DNA of 64,000 nt from Octopus bimaculoides (taxonomy: Eukaryota): contig NC_069006.1 in NCBI RefSeq assembly GCF_001194135.2, forward strand, positions 25,449,844-25,513,843. Reading direction: 5' to 3'. Below are positions 51,059-63,974 of the stretch, in pieces. The notes under the pieces were generated by a model. That model worked only from the letters and a program-made list of their open reading frames with translations. It made no database searches and had not been told where the DNA came from. Each line of letters begins with the position of its first letter. The stretch's first letter is position 1. The translations under genes and the position numbers were made by a program.

Positions 51059-53669
51059 CAATAATGAAGAATAAGATAGAAGATAAAAAATAAGAAGAAC
51101 GAGAAGAAGAAAAAAGTAGAGGGCAAAGATGAAAAAGGATGTGAAGAGCTGATGTCTGAATCTGTGCAATAATTACTAAGTGATTAGCTAGACATAATTT
51201 ATTGGGAGAGAGAGAGAGAAAGAGAAGGAGAGAGAGTTCCATGATGGTAGCCATGTTTAGTCTTTTTTTTTTAAATAAAAAATGTCCTCTCTCTGTCTCT
51301 CTCTATTTTCTGAACTGAGAGAGAGAGACAAACATCACTGCCCATCTATCTTTCTCCTTCTGTGTCTCTCTCTTGCACATCTCACTCTTTCTCCAATTTC
51401 TCTCTCTCTACTTCTGTCTGTCTGTCTCTATCACTCTCTCGTTTTACTTGTATCTATCTATCTATCTCTCATCCTCCCCCTCCTCTCTCTCTCCAATCTG
51501 CTCCTTTCCTCCCACTCAACAAACAATGCACTGATGACATTAAACCAAACAAGAGACTGTGAAATAAACTGAGAAAGACAACGCACCACCACCACCATTA
51601 ACAACAACAACAACAACAACAACCCTAATCTTGTGTGTGTATCTAATTTCGTAGATATTTTTCAGATCTTTTCTACAAAATATATTCCAATTTCTACAAT
51701 TTCCACTTATTTGTTTATAAGCTTTGCTTTTTCTTCAAAAAATTTTATTCTTTTATGGAATTTTTTTTATAAAATTTAATGTTTTCTTTCTTACCTGATT
51801 TTTTTTACTTCATTTTTATTTTCTGCTGATTTGTTTTATTTATATTATAATTTTTTTCTTCTTCTTATTTCTTATTTCAGTTGGAATTTCGTTTCTTCAA
51901 TTTTTGGTAAAGAATTGCTCGAGACGAGTCAATTTGGTTTTATTATCGAATAAATTTTCATTGACTTGCTTTTCTGTTTTTTTTTCTACCATCTTATTTG
52001 GAGGTTGATGGGGGGGGGGGCGTCTGTGATAAATGTGTGAATGTATGTATGTAAGTATGTGTGTATACATGTATGTGTGTGTGTGTGCATGTATGTATGT
52101 ACATATGTATGCATGTACACATGTATGTATGAATGTACAAACATATGTATGTACATATATATGTATATATGCATGTATGTATATGTGTATGTATGTATGT
52201 CATTAATCAGTTTACTTCAAGATTTCTTGCCAATAGAGAAAGAACCGGTTTCTAACCTAGATCCAAGGCTCCTTCATTGAAATTTCAACATCAACAACAG
52301 GGTATTTTTGTTTGTATGTATATGTGCAGATTTGTATGTTTTGTTTTATGTATGTATTCTCAAGCATATATTTGCATATCTAGACATTCTCATATATAAT
52401 TAAATGCTAAACTTCTGGTAAGTTTTATAGATTTTTACAGTTCCAGTGATGGATTGGGTCTGGAAAGTGTAAGGAAGGGCAAAGGGCGGGTGTGTGCGCA
52501 TGTGTGTGTGTTTCTATCATCTCACTATCCCTTCTACCTCACCTTTCTCACCAAATGCTTTTGGTGAGAAAAAGAGAACCATTTGATTAAAGTGGCCATG
52601 AAAGTCCAGTGATGGTGGTGTGGTGGTGGTGTTATACTGGCCGACAGGAATTTATGTTCAGTTATAATAAAAAAAAAACAATTTTACATTAATCTGATTT
52701 TCTAATTCATATTCAGCTGTAACATTTGACCATGGCTTCTGCAGCTGGATGCTCTTCCTATCACTAACCATTCCACCAATGGTATTAGTTGCATTATACT
52801 ATGGAACCAGCAATGCAGAGGTTACCTGCGCCCTCGGTGAGATGAGACTACAAGGGGACCTCCCGACCCTACTGTTTCCTTTCACATCATCATCATCATT
52901 GTCATCACCACCACCACCTCCGTTCCTCTTGGTCACTCCCCATCATCCGTCTCATCTCATATCTCCATCGCTACACATTGCTGCTGCCCTCTCTCTGCTG
53001 TTTCTATATGTATCGCTCTAAACTGTGTCGTTCTTTGCCCCTTTCAGAATATTCACTGTAGAAAAACTAAAATGGTGGGAGGGGGAGAGGAGGAAGAGAG
53101 GGAGGGAAGAACTGAGGGGGGGGGGAGAATGGGAGGAGGTGATGACGAGAAGGAAGATGAACAATGACAACGCCAAGTGTCAATGTCCGTAACTGTTATG
53201 TGTGCCGTGTGTGTGTGTCTCTCTCTCTCACACACGCATATGCAGTCACACACACGCAAACACTCTTGCACACACACACACATGTAAACACACACATATG
53301 AACGCATATATACATCTATACGCTGACACATTCATACACATACGCAGAACCAAACACACATACACACTTATGCATACGCAAAGACATACAGATACATACA
53401 CTTGCTCTCATACACTCCCACACACACACCTACACGAACATATAGGTATATATATATATATAAACAAAGTAAAGCTGGGTGTCTAGGTATACATACACAC
53501 ATATATATAATATACATGTGTGTGTATGCAAACACTTGTGTCACTTAAGTCGTAACGAAAGCCACCAACTATCACATTCATGGAAATAAGATATGAGCAG
53601 AAAGAGAAGGAAAGAAAATTGACTTTAACACAAAAGAGTTCACCGCACAATGGATATTCTCCCTTTCAT

Positions 53670-53688
53670 AAATAACAACAACAACAAC

Positions 53689-53732
<44 letters not shown>

Positions 53733-54080
53733 TAATAACAACACCAACAATAATAATAAAGGTAATAATAATGGTAATTGTAACAATGGAAACAATAACA
53801 ATAATAATAAAAAGAATGAAAATAGTAACGAGGACAATATGGAAAATGATAGTGGTGGTAGTGGTAGTAGGCGGAGGAAGAAAAGGAAGAAGAGTGGTAG
53901 CAGTCCTGAAGAAGAGGAAGTAGAAGATCAAGAAGCTGAATTGTGGTGGTGGTGATGACGACGATGACAACGACAATGATGACAATAATAATGTTAATAA
54001 TAGCAACAATCATCATAATAATAGTGATAGTAATAATAAACTATAATAATAATAATAACGAAGATAACAATAATGATGAT
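53670..54080. repeat. Mixed (AAT)n/(AAC)n/(GAT)n trinucleotide field
   Basis: Seen directly. Confidence 0.9.
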
Positions 54081-54279
54081 AAAAATCCACCGTTATTTCA
54101 TTGTGGTATTTCGTTTTTCATCCGGAAAGCTTTCTGATTTATTTCCTGAAAATTGCACTTCTGTGAGCTCTGCCAGTTCTACTAGTTCTCTGAGATCTCT
54201 TCTCAGTTGAAGACTTTGACATTCAGAAACAAAGAATTCACCATCAAAAAAAAAGCTCACATATTTATTTACATTCCTT

Positions 54280-54313
<34 letters not shown>

Positions 54314-54430
54314 CACACACAATACACACATGTATATATATACATATATATGCGATGGTTTTTGGTAAGCAGTGTTGATTTTTACAATTCTCTAAATAAT
54401 AATAATAGTATTTTATAAGCTTAAAGGTTC

Positions 54431-54702
54431 TAAGTGATCACCGTGCAATGACTAAAGAAAATAGTCTAATAATGAGGCATATGAGCCCTCGCCAGAAAAA
54501 AGTAGGTTTTCCCATATGCATGGGACTTGAACACACACCTCATAATTAGTTCTTAATGGTGACAGAAAGAAGAAGGTTGTGGGTTGGTGTAACAGTAGCA
54601 CACTTGGTTACGAAAACCAAGAGGTGTGTGTTCAAGTCCCGCGCATACGGGAAAAACTTACTTTTTTCTGGCGAGGGGGCTGATATACCCCGTGATCGCT
54701 TA
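54431..54702. mobile_element. Fold-back (MITE-like) element with long internal inverted arms
   Basis: Inner arms 54486-54541 / 54621-54677 are strongly complementary (ccctcgccagaaaaaagta...gggacttgaacacacacctc). Outer 11-bp inverted repeat taagtgatcac / gtgatcgctta. Confidence 0.7.
54578..54649 (+). pseudogene. tRNA-like cloverleaf with non-canonical 9-nt anticodon loop (ACG-like)
   Basis: D stem gtgt/gcac, anticodon stem cttgg/ccaag (5/5), T loop ttcaagt, acceptor 6/7 including G-U pairs, A box tggtgtaacag, and T6 run at 54662-54667. Confidence 0.55.
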
Positions 54703-54729
54703 AAAGTTGGAGGGGGACAGGATAAACTA

Positions 54730-55040
54730 CTTGCATCAACTTGCTATATATTCGCCAGACATTGCCCCATCTAATTATTATTTATTCCGCAGTCTTCAAA
54801 ATCATTTGAACAGAAAAAATATGAATTCTGTAGAGAAGGTCAGAACAGTACTGGAGAAGTATTTTTCGTCACGGACAAGTGAATTTTGGAAGAGGGGCCT
54901 TGCAAGTCTACCAGATAGATGGAAGAGCATTGTGGAAAATGAAGGAGAGTATATTTTAGATTAAAAAAGAAGTTTGTTTGTCTTAATTTTGAAAAATAAA
55001 AGAAGTATAAAAAATCCGCATTATTTATGGGATGACCCAA
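54730..55040 (+). mobile_element. Mariner transposase C-terminal relic with right TIR
   Basis: YSPDIAPSNYYLFRSLQNHL...FWKRGLASLPDRWKSIVENEGEYILD* matches the mariner YSPDLAPxD motif and C-terminus. TIR ...ccgcattatttatgggatgacccaa followed by TA at 55041-55042. Confidence 0.9.
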
Positions 55041-55495
55041 TAGATACAGGTGAAGAATGTTTTTCAGTTGGTGGCTTAATGACTGTTTACCTACAAGATT
55101 AAAACCAGAAATAAACAAATGGTTATCTAATAAACCAGTGGACAGGACAGCTATAAGTAAACACTATTCTTTAATAACTGCTATTAAAGGTAAACATATT
55201 CATCTGTCATTATAATGACAAATACATAATAGATACAGGAGAACAATGTTTTTCAGTTGGTGGTTTAGCGACTGTTTGCTGACAGGACTACTACCAGAAA
55301 TAAACAAATGGTTATCAAATAAACCAGGAGACAAGACAGCTATAAGTAAACAGTATTCTTTGATAACTGTTATCGAAGGTGAACACATTCACCTGTCATT
55401 ATAATGAACCCATGAACTTTCAGCAGGTAGCTTTAATAACTGTCTGTCTGCAAGGGTGAAGCCAGAAGGAGACAAACCAAGGTGTTTATCTAATA
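55041..55495 (+). repeat. 189-bp tandem repeat: two well-conserved copies plus a diverged partial third
   Basis: tagatacagg starts at 55041 and 55230; 22 substitutions and no indels over the 159-nt ORF part; the third copy is recognisable from 55418. Confidence 0.85.
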
Positions 55496-55849
55496 CAATG
55501 TAAACCAGATGCAATGTGTATGAATAAGAGACTCTTGATATTTGACTAGGAATTCTGGTAAAAATCAATACTTTAGAGATTACAAACTGATATCACAGAT
55601 ATTAGAGATCAATATTGCTGACAATAACAATCAATAGAAGTTAATGAAAATCAATATTGATGAAATAAAACCAATATTATAGACATCGATTTCAGATATA
55701 TTTTTGTTTATTTGTTTTCTGCCTTTTTTTACTCTTATTAAATAATGGTCTTTGTTTCATTATTGGCAGACGTGTTTAAAATAGAATCCCTCATCATTTA
55801 GAATGATATCCATATGGTGGTCGATGCTTGGTGTAGGGAGTTCAAATCT

Positions 55850-55970
55850 CAAAAAATTCCTCCTGTGAAATGAAGTGTTTTGCTAAAGAACACAATGCAC
55901 CGCATGGTCTGGGAATCAACCCCACCATCTAGCGATTGTGAGTGCAACAGTCTAATCACTAGGCCACATG
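55850..55970 (-). mobile_element. SINE family C head
   Basis: aagtgttttgctaaagaacac...gggaatcaaccc...ctaatcactaggccac is the reverse complement of a tRNA-like head. Confidence 0.6.
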
Positions 55971-56220
55971 CCTTTGTTGTATGTCTACATATACATATCC
56001 ACACGTGAACGTCTGCTTCTTCCAAAGTCCACTCACAGGGCAACGGTAGGAGACATTTGTCGACGACGCCATGCAGTGGGACCATGCATGAAATCACAAG
56101 GTTACAAATGGAATTTCTTAACAACACCGCAACCATAAGAAAAAAAAATGTAGCAAAATAACAACAAAAAAAAACAATGGGAAACAGAAACATTCAAAGA
56201 GAGACGGCAACACTCCTGAC

Positions 56221-56251
<31 letters not shown>

Positions 56252-56689
56252 ATCATCCAATTTGGTCAAATAATTTTCTTTGGACAAATAATGAAAATGA
56301 AGAACTTGAAAGCTGAAAGTTATCCCAGTTTTCCAACATCACCTGTGCATAACCAAATTGAAATTTAGTGAATTCTTTGAAAACAGCCACTTGGGTCCTT
56401 AACAAAGCTAAGTTGAAAATAGCTTGGCAGATCAAAAGGAAATCACATATAATCAATGGGAAAGGCTGAAAGAAATGAGAAACGACATAATGGGGAGGTG
56501 GAGTTGGTGGTGGTGAAGTGGGAAGGTGGTGATGGAATGGTTTGTCAGTCTATAGTGAAGAATTTTCTGACGGATTTAGAATTGGAAGAATGGTAAACCT
56601 CAATTTTTACATCGTTGTAACACACTACAGGAGATCATCATCATCCCCATTTTCGTTGCCATCATCATCATCATCATTCTCAATCATTG

Positions 56690-56900
56690 TCATCGTCACC
56701 ATCAACATTTAACGTTCTCTCACCATGCTGATAATAGGGGTTGGATGGTTTGACAAGAGCTGGTCAGGCAGAAGACTGCACCAAACTCTAGTCTTCTTTG
56801 GCATGGTTTCTGAAGCTGAATGCCCTTCCTGATGCCAACCACTTTCATGGGCTTTCCATGTGGCACCAGTAGCAATGATGTCACCAAATAACTGGCAGCA
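56690..56900 (-). mobile_element. Family D retroposon tail
   Basis: caacatttaacgttc...ccatgctg...gggttggatggtttgac...tgcccttcctgatgccaacc. Confidence 0.7.
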
Positions 56901-58639
56901 GGGCAAGGCCCCCTCAATTGAGAGGTGATATGTTTACTGAGGGAAGGAGGTGCTTTGCGACAGATAAGAGGTTAAGCCATGTCAGAGAGACAGTGAACAG
57001 GTGTCATGCTGTAGAAGAGAAGTGCATGGTTACTCCAGTCAGAAAAGAGAGGGGTGGTTAGAGAGGAGGGGGAAAGATAAGACAATGGACAAAGACGTGA
57101 TGGGGACATACACACAAGTTACAAGTTACCCTGTCCTAGGGTCCATCAGATCCTGTCCTAGGGCCCATCAGATGATGATGTGTGTTAACTGTGCTAGACA
57201 TCCCCAGGATCTCACTGGTACGTATTTAATTTTCATCACCCCCACCCCCTTCACCGAAGAGAAATTTAAGAACAAAAAAATTACCGTCGCTTCCAACTGG
57301 ATTTACAATGCAGAACTAAACAAAGTGATACAGAAATGCCACACACTTCTGCATCATGCACTCTGTCGCTGTTGTTGTTGTTGCTGTCACTCATGTTGCT
57401 CCCCTGAGATGTGTATGTTAAAGATGGCGTCAGTCTGCATGTTTACAGATCATGCATATGTGTCAGATAACGATGGTCAGGACGCGATCACCACTTAGCA
57501 GCACTTCAACATGTTATGTTTGGTCACTGGGTGGGCACAGAATTCATTTAGGACCGAGGTGGACGTGTTTGTTGATTTTACTACAATTTCATCAGTGGCT
57601 TGTTACGGGCTTGGCATGCACACACATACACAAACACACATGCATGCCTGCATTAACATGTGCTCACACACACACATACACATGCAAACACACATACATC
57701 ACAAATACACATTTAAGAAACACACACATGCATACACAAACACAAACACCCATATGTTAACATAACACACACATACACAGACACACGCACACATAGATAC
57801 AAACATATACACATACATGATGCTGACAAATATTGTCATAGAGACATCAGGGACCTTTCTGCCAATGCTAAGCAATAACGAACATTTCCCCAAGACAGTG
57901 TTTGACACCTTTAAGACTGGCACCAGAAATGACCGTTTTTCTCGGAATCTATCAAAGACATTTCATTTATTTCACATCGGAAGAAATAGTCAGATGGGAT
58001 TTTCAGAACACTTCTCATCGAGTTGAATACTGAATATCGTTGTGGCAACGAACACTTGCTGACGCTGACACGCGAGCACCAGCACTGTGAACAACAGCGA
58101 CAACAACAACAGCAACGGTCTGCAGTGGGAATTGTGAATAGAGACATTTTAATAGGATTAATTAATTCACCATCATCATTGTCATCATTATCAACAATGT
58201 CATTATCATCATTGTCGTCATCATCACCACCATCATCATGATCATATTTATCATCAGCAGCAGCATTGTTGACATCAACATTATCATCATCATCATCATC
58301 ATTGTGATCATCCTTTAACACCCATTTCATATTCTGTCATGGGTTGGACAGTTGGTTCGACAGGGTCCAATGGGCCCAGAGAGACTGCGTTATGCCCTAC
58401 TGTCTGCTTTGGTGTGGTTTCCATGACTGGATGCCCTTCCTTAAGAAGGTTTTTTTCTATGGCATGGTTAGCTGGCGACTATCACACACTGAGGATGGGT
58501 TACTACCCAGAAACCCGGGCGTGTGTGTATCACATAAGGCTAAAGATGGGCACGATGATTTCCCTTTGCAAATACTAATCAGACACAGACAGTGTATATA
58601 TATATATATATATACACACATATATATTGTGTGTGTATG

Positions 58640-58840
58640 TATGTTCATTCCCCACTGCTGCTTGAAAACCAGTGTTGCTGTATTTGCATCCCTGTGACTT
58701 AGCAGTTCAGCAAAAAAGACTGATAGAATCAGTACTAGGCTTTACAAAAATAAGTCCTGGAATTGATTCATTCAACTAAACATTCTTCAAGGCAGTGCCC
58801 CAACATGGCCACAGCCTTATAACTGAAACAAGTAAGATAT
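58640..58840 (+). mobile_element. SINE family A, 3' half
   Basis: gcttgaaaaccagtgttg...gacttagcagttcagcaaaa...cccaacatggccacag...actgaaacaagtaag. Confidence 0.8.
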
Positions 58841-59452
58841 ATATATACATATACACACACATATATATATGTACGTGTGTACATGTGTATATATATATAT
58901 GTATGCATGTATGTATAGATAAAGTACTGGTGGCCTTCTTTAAATTGATATTATTGTCAATAAGGGCAACGAGAGAGAAGGAAAAGAGAAAGAAGAAAAA
59001 CGAAAAGAAAAAAGAAAGAAATCAATAAATGTTTTTTTTTTGTTTTTTTGGTTCCATAAAGAAAAAGAAAATCATTTGAGGGAAAAAATGCGATATAATG
59101 GAATAGAAGGGGGAAATGTAGGGGGGGAGGGATGATGGAGGTAGCGGGGATGGCATACCATTAGAGACTAGAAAATATCAAAATAAATGAATTCAATAAA
59201 TTTAATATGAAAATAAGCTGAGAGGTGACAAGTAAACAATGAAAAACAACACTGTCCGACGACAACGTCAACGACCATCACCACCACCACCACCAGCAAC
59301 AACAACAACACTCCCTGATAATAACAACACAAACTAAACAGAAGGTTGAGAATTCTTAAGGAGAGTTTTTTTCTTAGAAAAGGAAAATATTAATACACAC
59401 ACATACATTTATGTATATTACACACACACACACATATATATGTATGTATGTA

Positions 59453-59514
<62 letters not shown>

Positions 59515-59548
59515 CATACATACATACATATATGTATATGTATGCATA

Positions 59549-59750
59549 TAGGGTAAAGGGCAAAGACCCCTTTTGGTCATGAATGACCATGGGATCACAT
59601 CTAGAAAGTTCCCCCCTGAGGCACAAGTCCAGGCAAAGTTATTTTATGGAAGAGCAGCAGTCACCCATGCATACCAACCTCTCCCTCTCTGCATCACTGA
59701 TGCTATCTAAGGGAAAGGCAAAGGGACAGATACAGCTTGGAATCCAGAGA
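59549..59750 (-). mobile_element. Retroposon 3' end with accctt-type tail
   Basis: Reverse complement ends ggtcattcatgaccaaaagggggtctttgccctttaccc; the same tail occurs on the plus strand at about 21330-21370. Confidence 0.55.
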
Positions 59751-59782
59751 CAGTAGAGGCTTCCTTATTAGTTCATTGTGAA

Positions 59783-60073
59783 GGTGCATGGCTCAGTGGT
59801 TAGAGGTGTTCGGCTCAAGATTGTAAGGTTGTAGATTCAATTCCCAGTGATACATTGTGCCCTTGAGCAAGGCTCTTTATTGCATGCTACTCGTCCACTC
59901 ATCTTATAAGAATCACGGGGCCTGCCTTGTTACATTCTGTGTTACCCTGAAAACTACATTAAGCGTATGCATGTCTGTGGAGTGCTCAACCACTTGCATG
60001 TCCATTTCACAAGCAAGCTCTTCCGTTGATTGGATCAACTGGGACTCTTGACATTGTCATCGATGGAGGGCCA
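59783..60073 (+). mobile_element. SINE family C, full length
   Basis: ggtgcatggctcagtggttagagg...gattcaattccc...ccttgagcaagg...gcatgtctgtggagtgctcaaccacttgca...ggatcaactgg. Confidence 0.8.
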
Positions 60074-60223
60074 TTTAAATACGTTTTAAGGTGTCCTTGC
60101 ATTGAAGGGTACCATATTTCAGTCCAGTGCTGCTTCTGTTCCACCAGATTTTGCTAACAGGAATCCGCATCATTTGGCCACGTATTCTTCAGGTTTCTTC
60201 TCCTTTATGCGTCATTTCTTCAG

Positions 60224-60277
60224 GTGTTAGCCACCATGCATCTTCACCACCAACCCTCTCCTCTTTCACACAAACTG
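60224..60277 (+). other. Candidate 54-nt exon containing a strong-context ATG
   Basis: Acceptor gtcatttcttcag|G, GCCACCATG at 60230-60238, donor CTG|gtaagt; no partner exon identified. Confidence 0.25.
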
Positions 60278-61250
60278 GTAAGTTACTGGGTTCTTCTGTC
60301 TTGTGACCGGTTGGTAACACCTTCAGGAACCTTCTGTCTGTCTCTCTCTCTCTTTTGCTCTTTCTCTCTCTCTCTTTCTCTCTGTTGCTCTTTCTTTCTC
60401 TCTGTTGCTCTTTCTCTCTCTCTGTCAGTCAGTCTCTCTGTCTGTCTCTTCCCCCTTCTCTCTCTCTCTTCCAAGTTCTTCTATTCAATTCTTTAGTTGT
60501 CATCAAGTATTCAAGAAACATCTCCTCATGTTTATCTGAAGAAACACACACACACACACACACTCTAATACACACTCATAGAATGAGAAAGCATTGCAGT
60601 TCCATGTCTAAAAGGGAAAAAAGAAGAGGAAACCATTCCTGAAACATTTGCACAGAATCTACAGAAATACTTCTTCCATGCAATCACCATTTGTCTTTTA
60701 CTCCATGGTTGACATAGCACATTCTTAACTTTTGATTTCTTCCTTCCTCTCTCTCTCTCTTATTATTGTTATTATTATTATTATAATAATACTACCATCA
60801 CCACTGTCACCATTCTCCTCCTCCCCCCTACTTTCATCTCTTTCTTTCTTTTTTTCCTCCTCTTCCTTTCTGTCTCCTCCCCCTCTTTCATCTCTTTTTT
60901 CATTATTATTATCATTTATTTATTTATTCATTTATTTACCCATTTATTTATCTATTCATTCTTCCGCTTCTTCATGCACCCCACACTGAGAACGTATCAA
61001 GACAGTTTACCATTCCATGGGGCGACACCCTCACCCCTCCCACTCCACTTCTCCCGCCCCTCCCCACTTCACGTCTTCCATATGTGATGGAATCACAAGA
61101 AGTTGTCATCTATTCAATGTTTGATAACAAAAGCCAGCTTCTCTCCTGCCCCTCCCCTCTTCTCCCACCCCCAGGCGTCTTCAATTGACATTTAATTTTC
61201 AACCGTAAACTATAAATAGTATGTGTTAATATTTCCTTTTCTTACAACTA

Positions 61251-61281
<31 letters not shown>

Positions 61282-61345
61282 CACACACATGTATGTATAT
61301 CTATATGTACATGTATGTGTGCAGATATGTATACAGATACGTATG

Positions 61346-61385
<40 letters not shown>

Positions 61386-62106
61386 TCCATACATATATAC
61401 ACATACACATCTATCTATCTATCTCTATATATATATATGTGTGTGTGTGTGTATGTATGTATGCATGTATATATGCTTACACATATATACACATATGTAT
61501 ATGTGCATATATATATGCATGTGTGTGTCTATACATATATGCGTACACACACACACATCTATGTATAAGGTCTTCTGTATTTGCCTGAGGCAAGACACCA
61601 TTTCATTACAATTCCCTTTATTTACTTTCTGCTTATTTCATTTCTTCATTTAACCCCCAATGTGAAAATATCTGTATCTTATGTACACCACACCTTATGT
61701 ACATACATACGAAATAACAACACACTATATATAGGCTTGTGTGTGTGTGTGAATTCATAATCATGCAAGTATGAACGTAAATGTATATATGTATACACAT
61801 ATGCGTATCTATCTGTCTATCTATTTGTATATCTATCTATTTTTATATCTGTCTTCTTACTTATCTATCTGTCTATCTATTTGTATATCTATCTATTTTT
61901 ATATCTGTCTTCTTACTTACCTATCTGTCTGTCTATACACACACACACTGTATTTTATATTCACCGGCTCTCACTTTATGTGTGTGTAAGTATGCACAAA
62001 TTTTCTGTATTTTTTATATATTTATGTGTTTACTTATTGAATGGCAGAACGAGCAAACTATTTGAAAAATATGAATTATCCACATGAATTGTAATTATTT
62101 TTATCT

Positions 62107-62580
62107 AACGTACAAGAGAGAAGACTGCACTGGTATGGCCATGTAGTGCGTACGAATGAAGACAACTGCATGAAGAGGTACTGATCTCTAATTGTTGAAG
62201 GAACACATGGAAGGAGTAGAGCCAGGAGGAGGTGGGGCATAGTGGTGAGAAAGGATCTACGGATGTTGGGACTTACAGAGGGGATCACAAGCGACTGAGA
62301 CTCCTAGCAGTTTGCTGTGCACATCAAGCTAAGTAAAAGTGTGGTTGCCCTTGCATACAGGCTCATCCCTTGCAACCCTCTCCAGCTGAGCATCCCTAAT
62401 TTTCTGGACTTGTAAGTGCTGGTGCCGCATAAAAAGCACACATACCTGTGCTGCATAAATGCCCCCAGTACACGCTGTAAAGTGGTTGGCATTAGAAAGG
62501 GCATCCAACTGTAGAAAGAGAAAGGAATCCTGAACAGCCCTTCAGCTGGTTAGGCCCTGTCAAACTGTCACACAGCCACT
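62107..62580 (+). mobile_element. RTE-type LINE 3' end plus family D tail
   Basis: VQERRLHWYGHVVRTNEDNCMKRY*SLIVEGTHGRSRARRRW...KDLRMLGL, followed by aaagtggttggcattagaaagggcatccaactgtagaaa. Confidence 0.85.
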
Positions 62581-62609
62581 CCTGCACCTATTCTTATTGT
62601 TTATTTTAT

Positions 62610-62730
62610 TTTTAGAATGACATTGTCAGGTCAGTGTGAGAGGCCAGATCTGGTCAGTTTGAACCTAAAAACAGGTAGAGCATTTAAGTGAGATATGGTT
62701 GGTTATGTTTAAATGCTAAAGTGTTAAGGA
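62610..62730. mobile_element. MITE-like end related to the 9146 element
   Basis: ...gtttaaatgctaaagtgttaa is near the reverse complement of ttaaccctttagcat. Confidence 0.5.
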
Positions 62731-63775
62731 CAACGTCAACAATAACATCAAAAGAGGTGCAGACCAAGACAGGAAGCAGGCAGTGGCTTACCACAAGACA
62801 GATATTAGCGCACCTAAGGGCAGATAATTATAATAGCCACAATGACGCAGATGTTATATTGGTCTGGCATCGACATTAAGTTGATGGTTTACCAATATTG
62901 ACAATAGCATGAGGAGAATTAAAGAGACTTGCACAGAATAAGAGAAAGATTTTATCAAATCTCAGACACACACACACACATATATATATACATACACACA
63001 TACAGAACCATGCACACACGGATACATACAGATACATACTGATGCATGCAAACATATATATGCACACACATACACAGATGCACACATGTATATAGACATA
63101 CACACATAGACATATGTACTCTGACACACAGAGATACATATACAGACATACACACATATAGACACATTCATACAGGTACACACACATATACATGCACATG
63201 TGGACACACACACCTACACATGCACGCACACACACACCTCCCCAGATACAAATTCTACCAATCTAAACTGGTTTCCAACTGCGACAAGATTTTGGAAGCT
63301 GTCACCATTTGTCAGATCCCGGCACAACAGACGTTAAAGAACACAAGCGGAATACTAAGATTTATTCTATCACAAGTTCCGTTCGTCTAATTGTTACTCA
63401 AGATGGCTGTCAAAAGCCAATAGGCTGCGGACATATCAATATTATTTATGCGCCGTGTGTCGACAGAGAACTACAATGGCCACCATGAGATGTTTCTAAA
63501 GTTTCCTGTCTCTTCACAACAGACTGGTAGATGGGTGGATGGCTGCCTTGTGATGTCTCGGTACAGAATGGTTATTGACTGAACCGATCAGAAATGGGAA
63601 GATCTCGTTGCTAAGCTCAACTGTTTATAAGTGTCTTAGCATCACTGTTGACTGAAATAGCAATTGATGACTGTACTTTACATCGATACATAATTACATA
63701 TGCATATAACTGCATACATACATACATATATATAAATAGACACATGCACACACACACACATATATATATATGCAA

Positions 63776-63937
63776 TAGGTGCAGGTGTGGCTGTGTGGTA
63801 AGAAGCTCGATTACAAACCACATGGTTCTGGGTTCAGTACCACTGCATGGAACCTTGGGCAAGTGTCTTCTTCTATAACCATGGGCTGACCAAAACCTTG
63901 TGAGTGGATTTGGTAGATACAAACTGGAAGAAGCCCG

Positions 63938-63939
<2 letters not shown>
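63776..63939 (+). mobile_element. SINE family A, 5' half
   Basis: ggtgtggctgtgtggtaagaagc...ccacatggttctgggttcag...ccttgggcaagtgtcttc...gaagcccgtc. Confidence 0.85.

Positions 63940-63974
<35 letters not shown>

Noticed and set aside
53650-53955. Poly-Asn ORF with an NLS-like RRRKKRKK and an acidic tail
   Set aside because: Lies wholly in a mixed trinucleotide and purine-rich simple-repeat field where several frames on both strands are open.
3706-63939. SINE heads as functional tRNA genes
   Set aside because: They have A/B-box-like motifs but run into SINE bodies and lack full cloverleaves. Octopus tRNA-derived SINEs are already known (OK, OR1, OR2; Ohshima and Okada 1994); I did not assign families A-D to those names.
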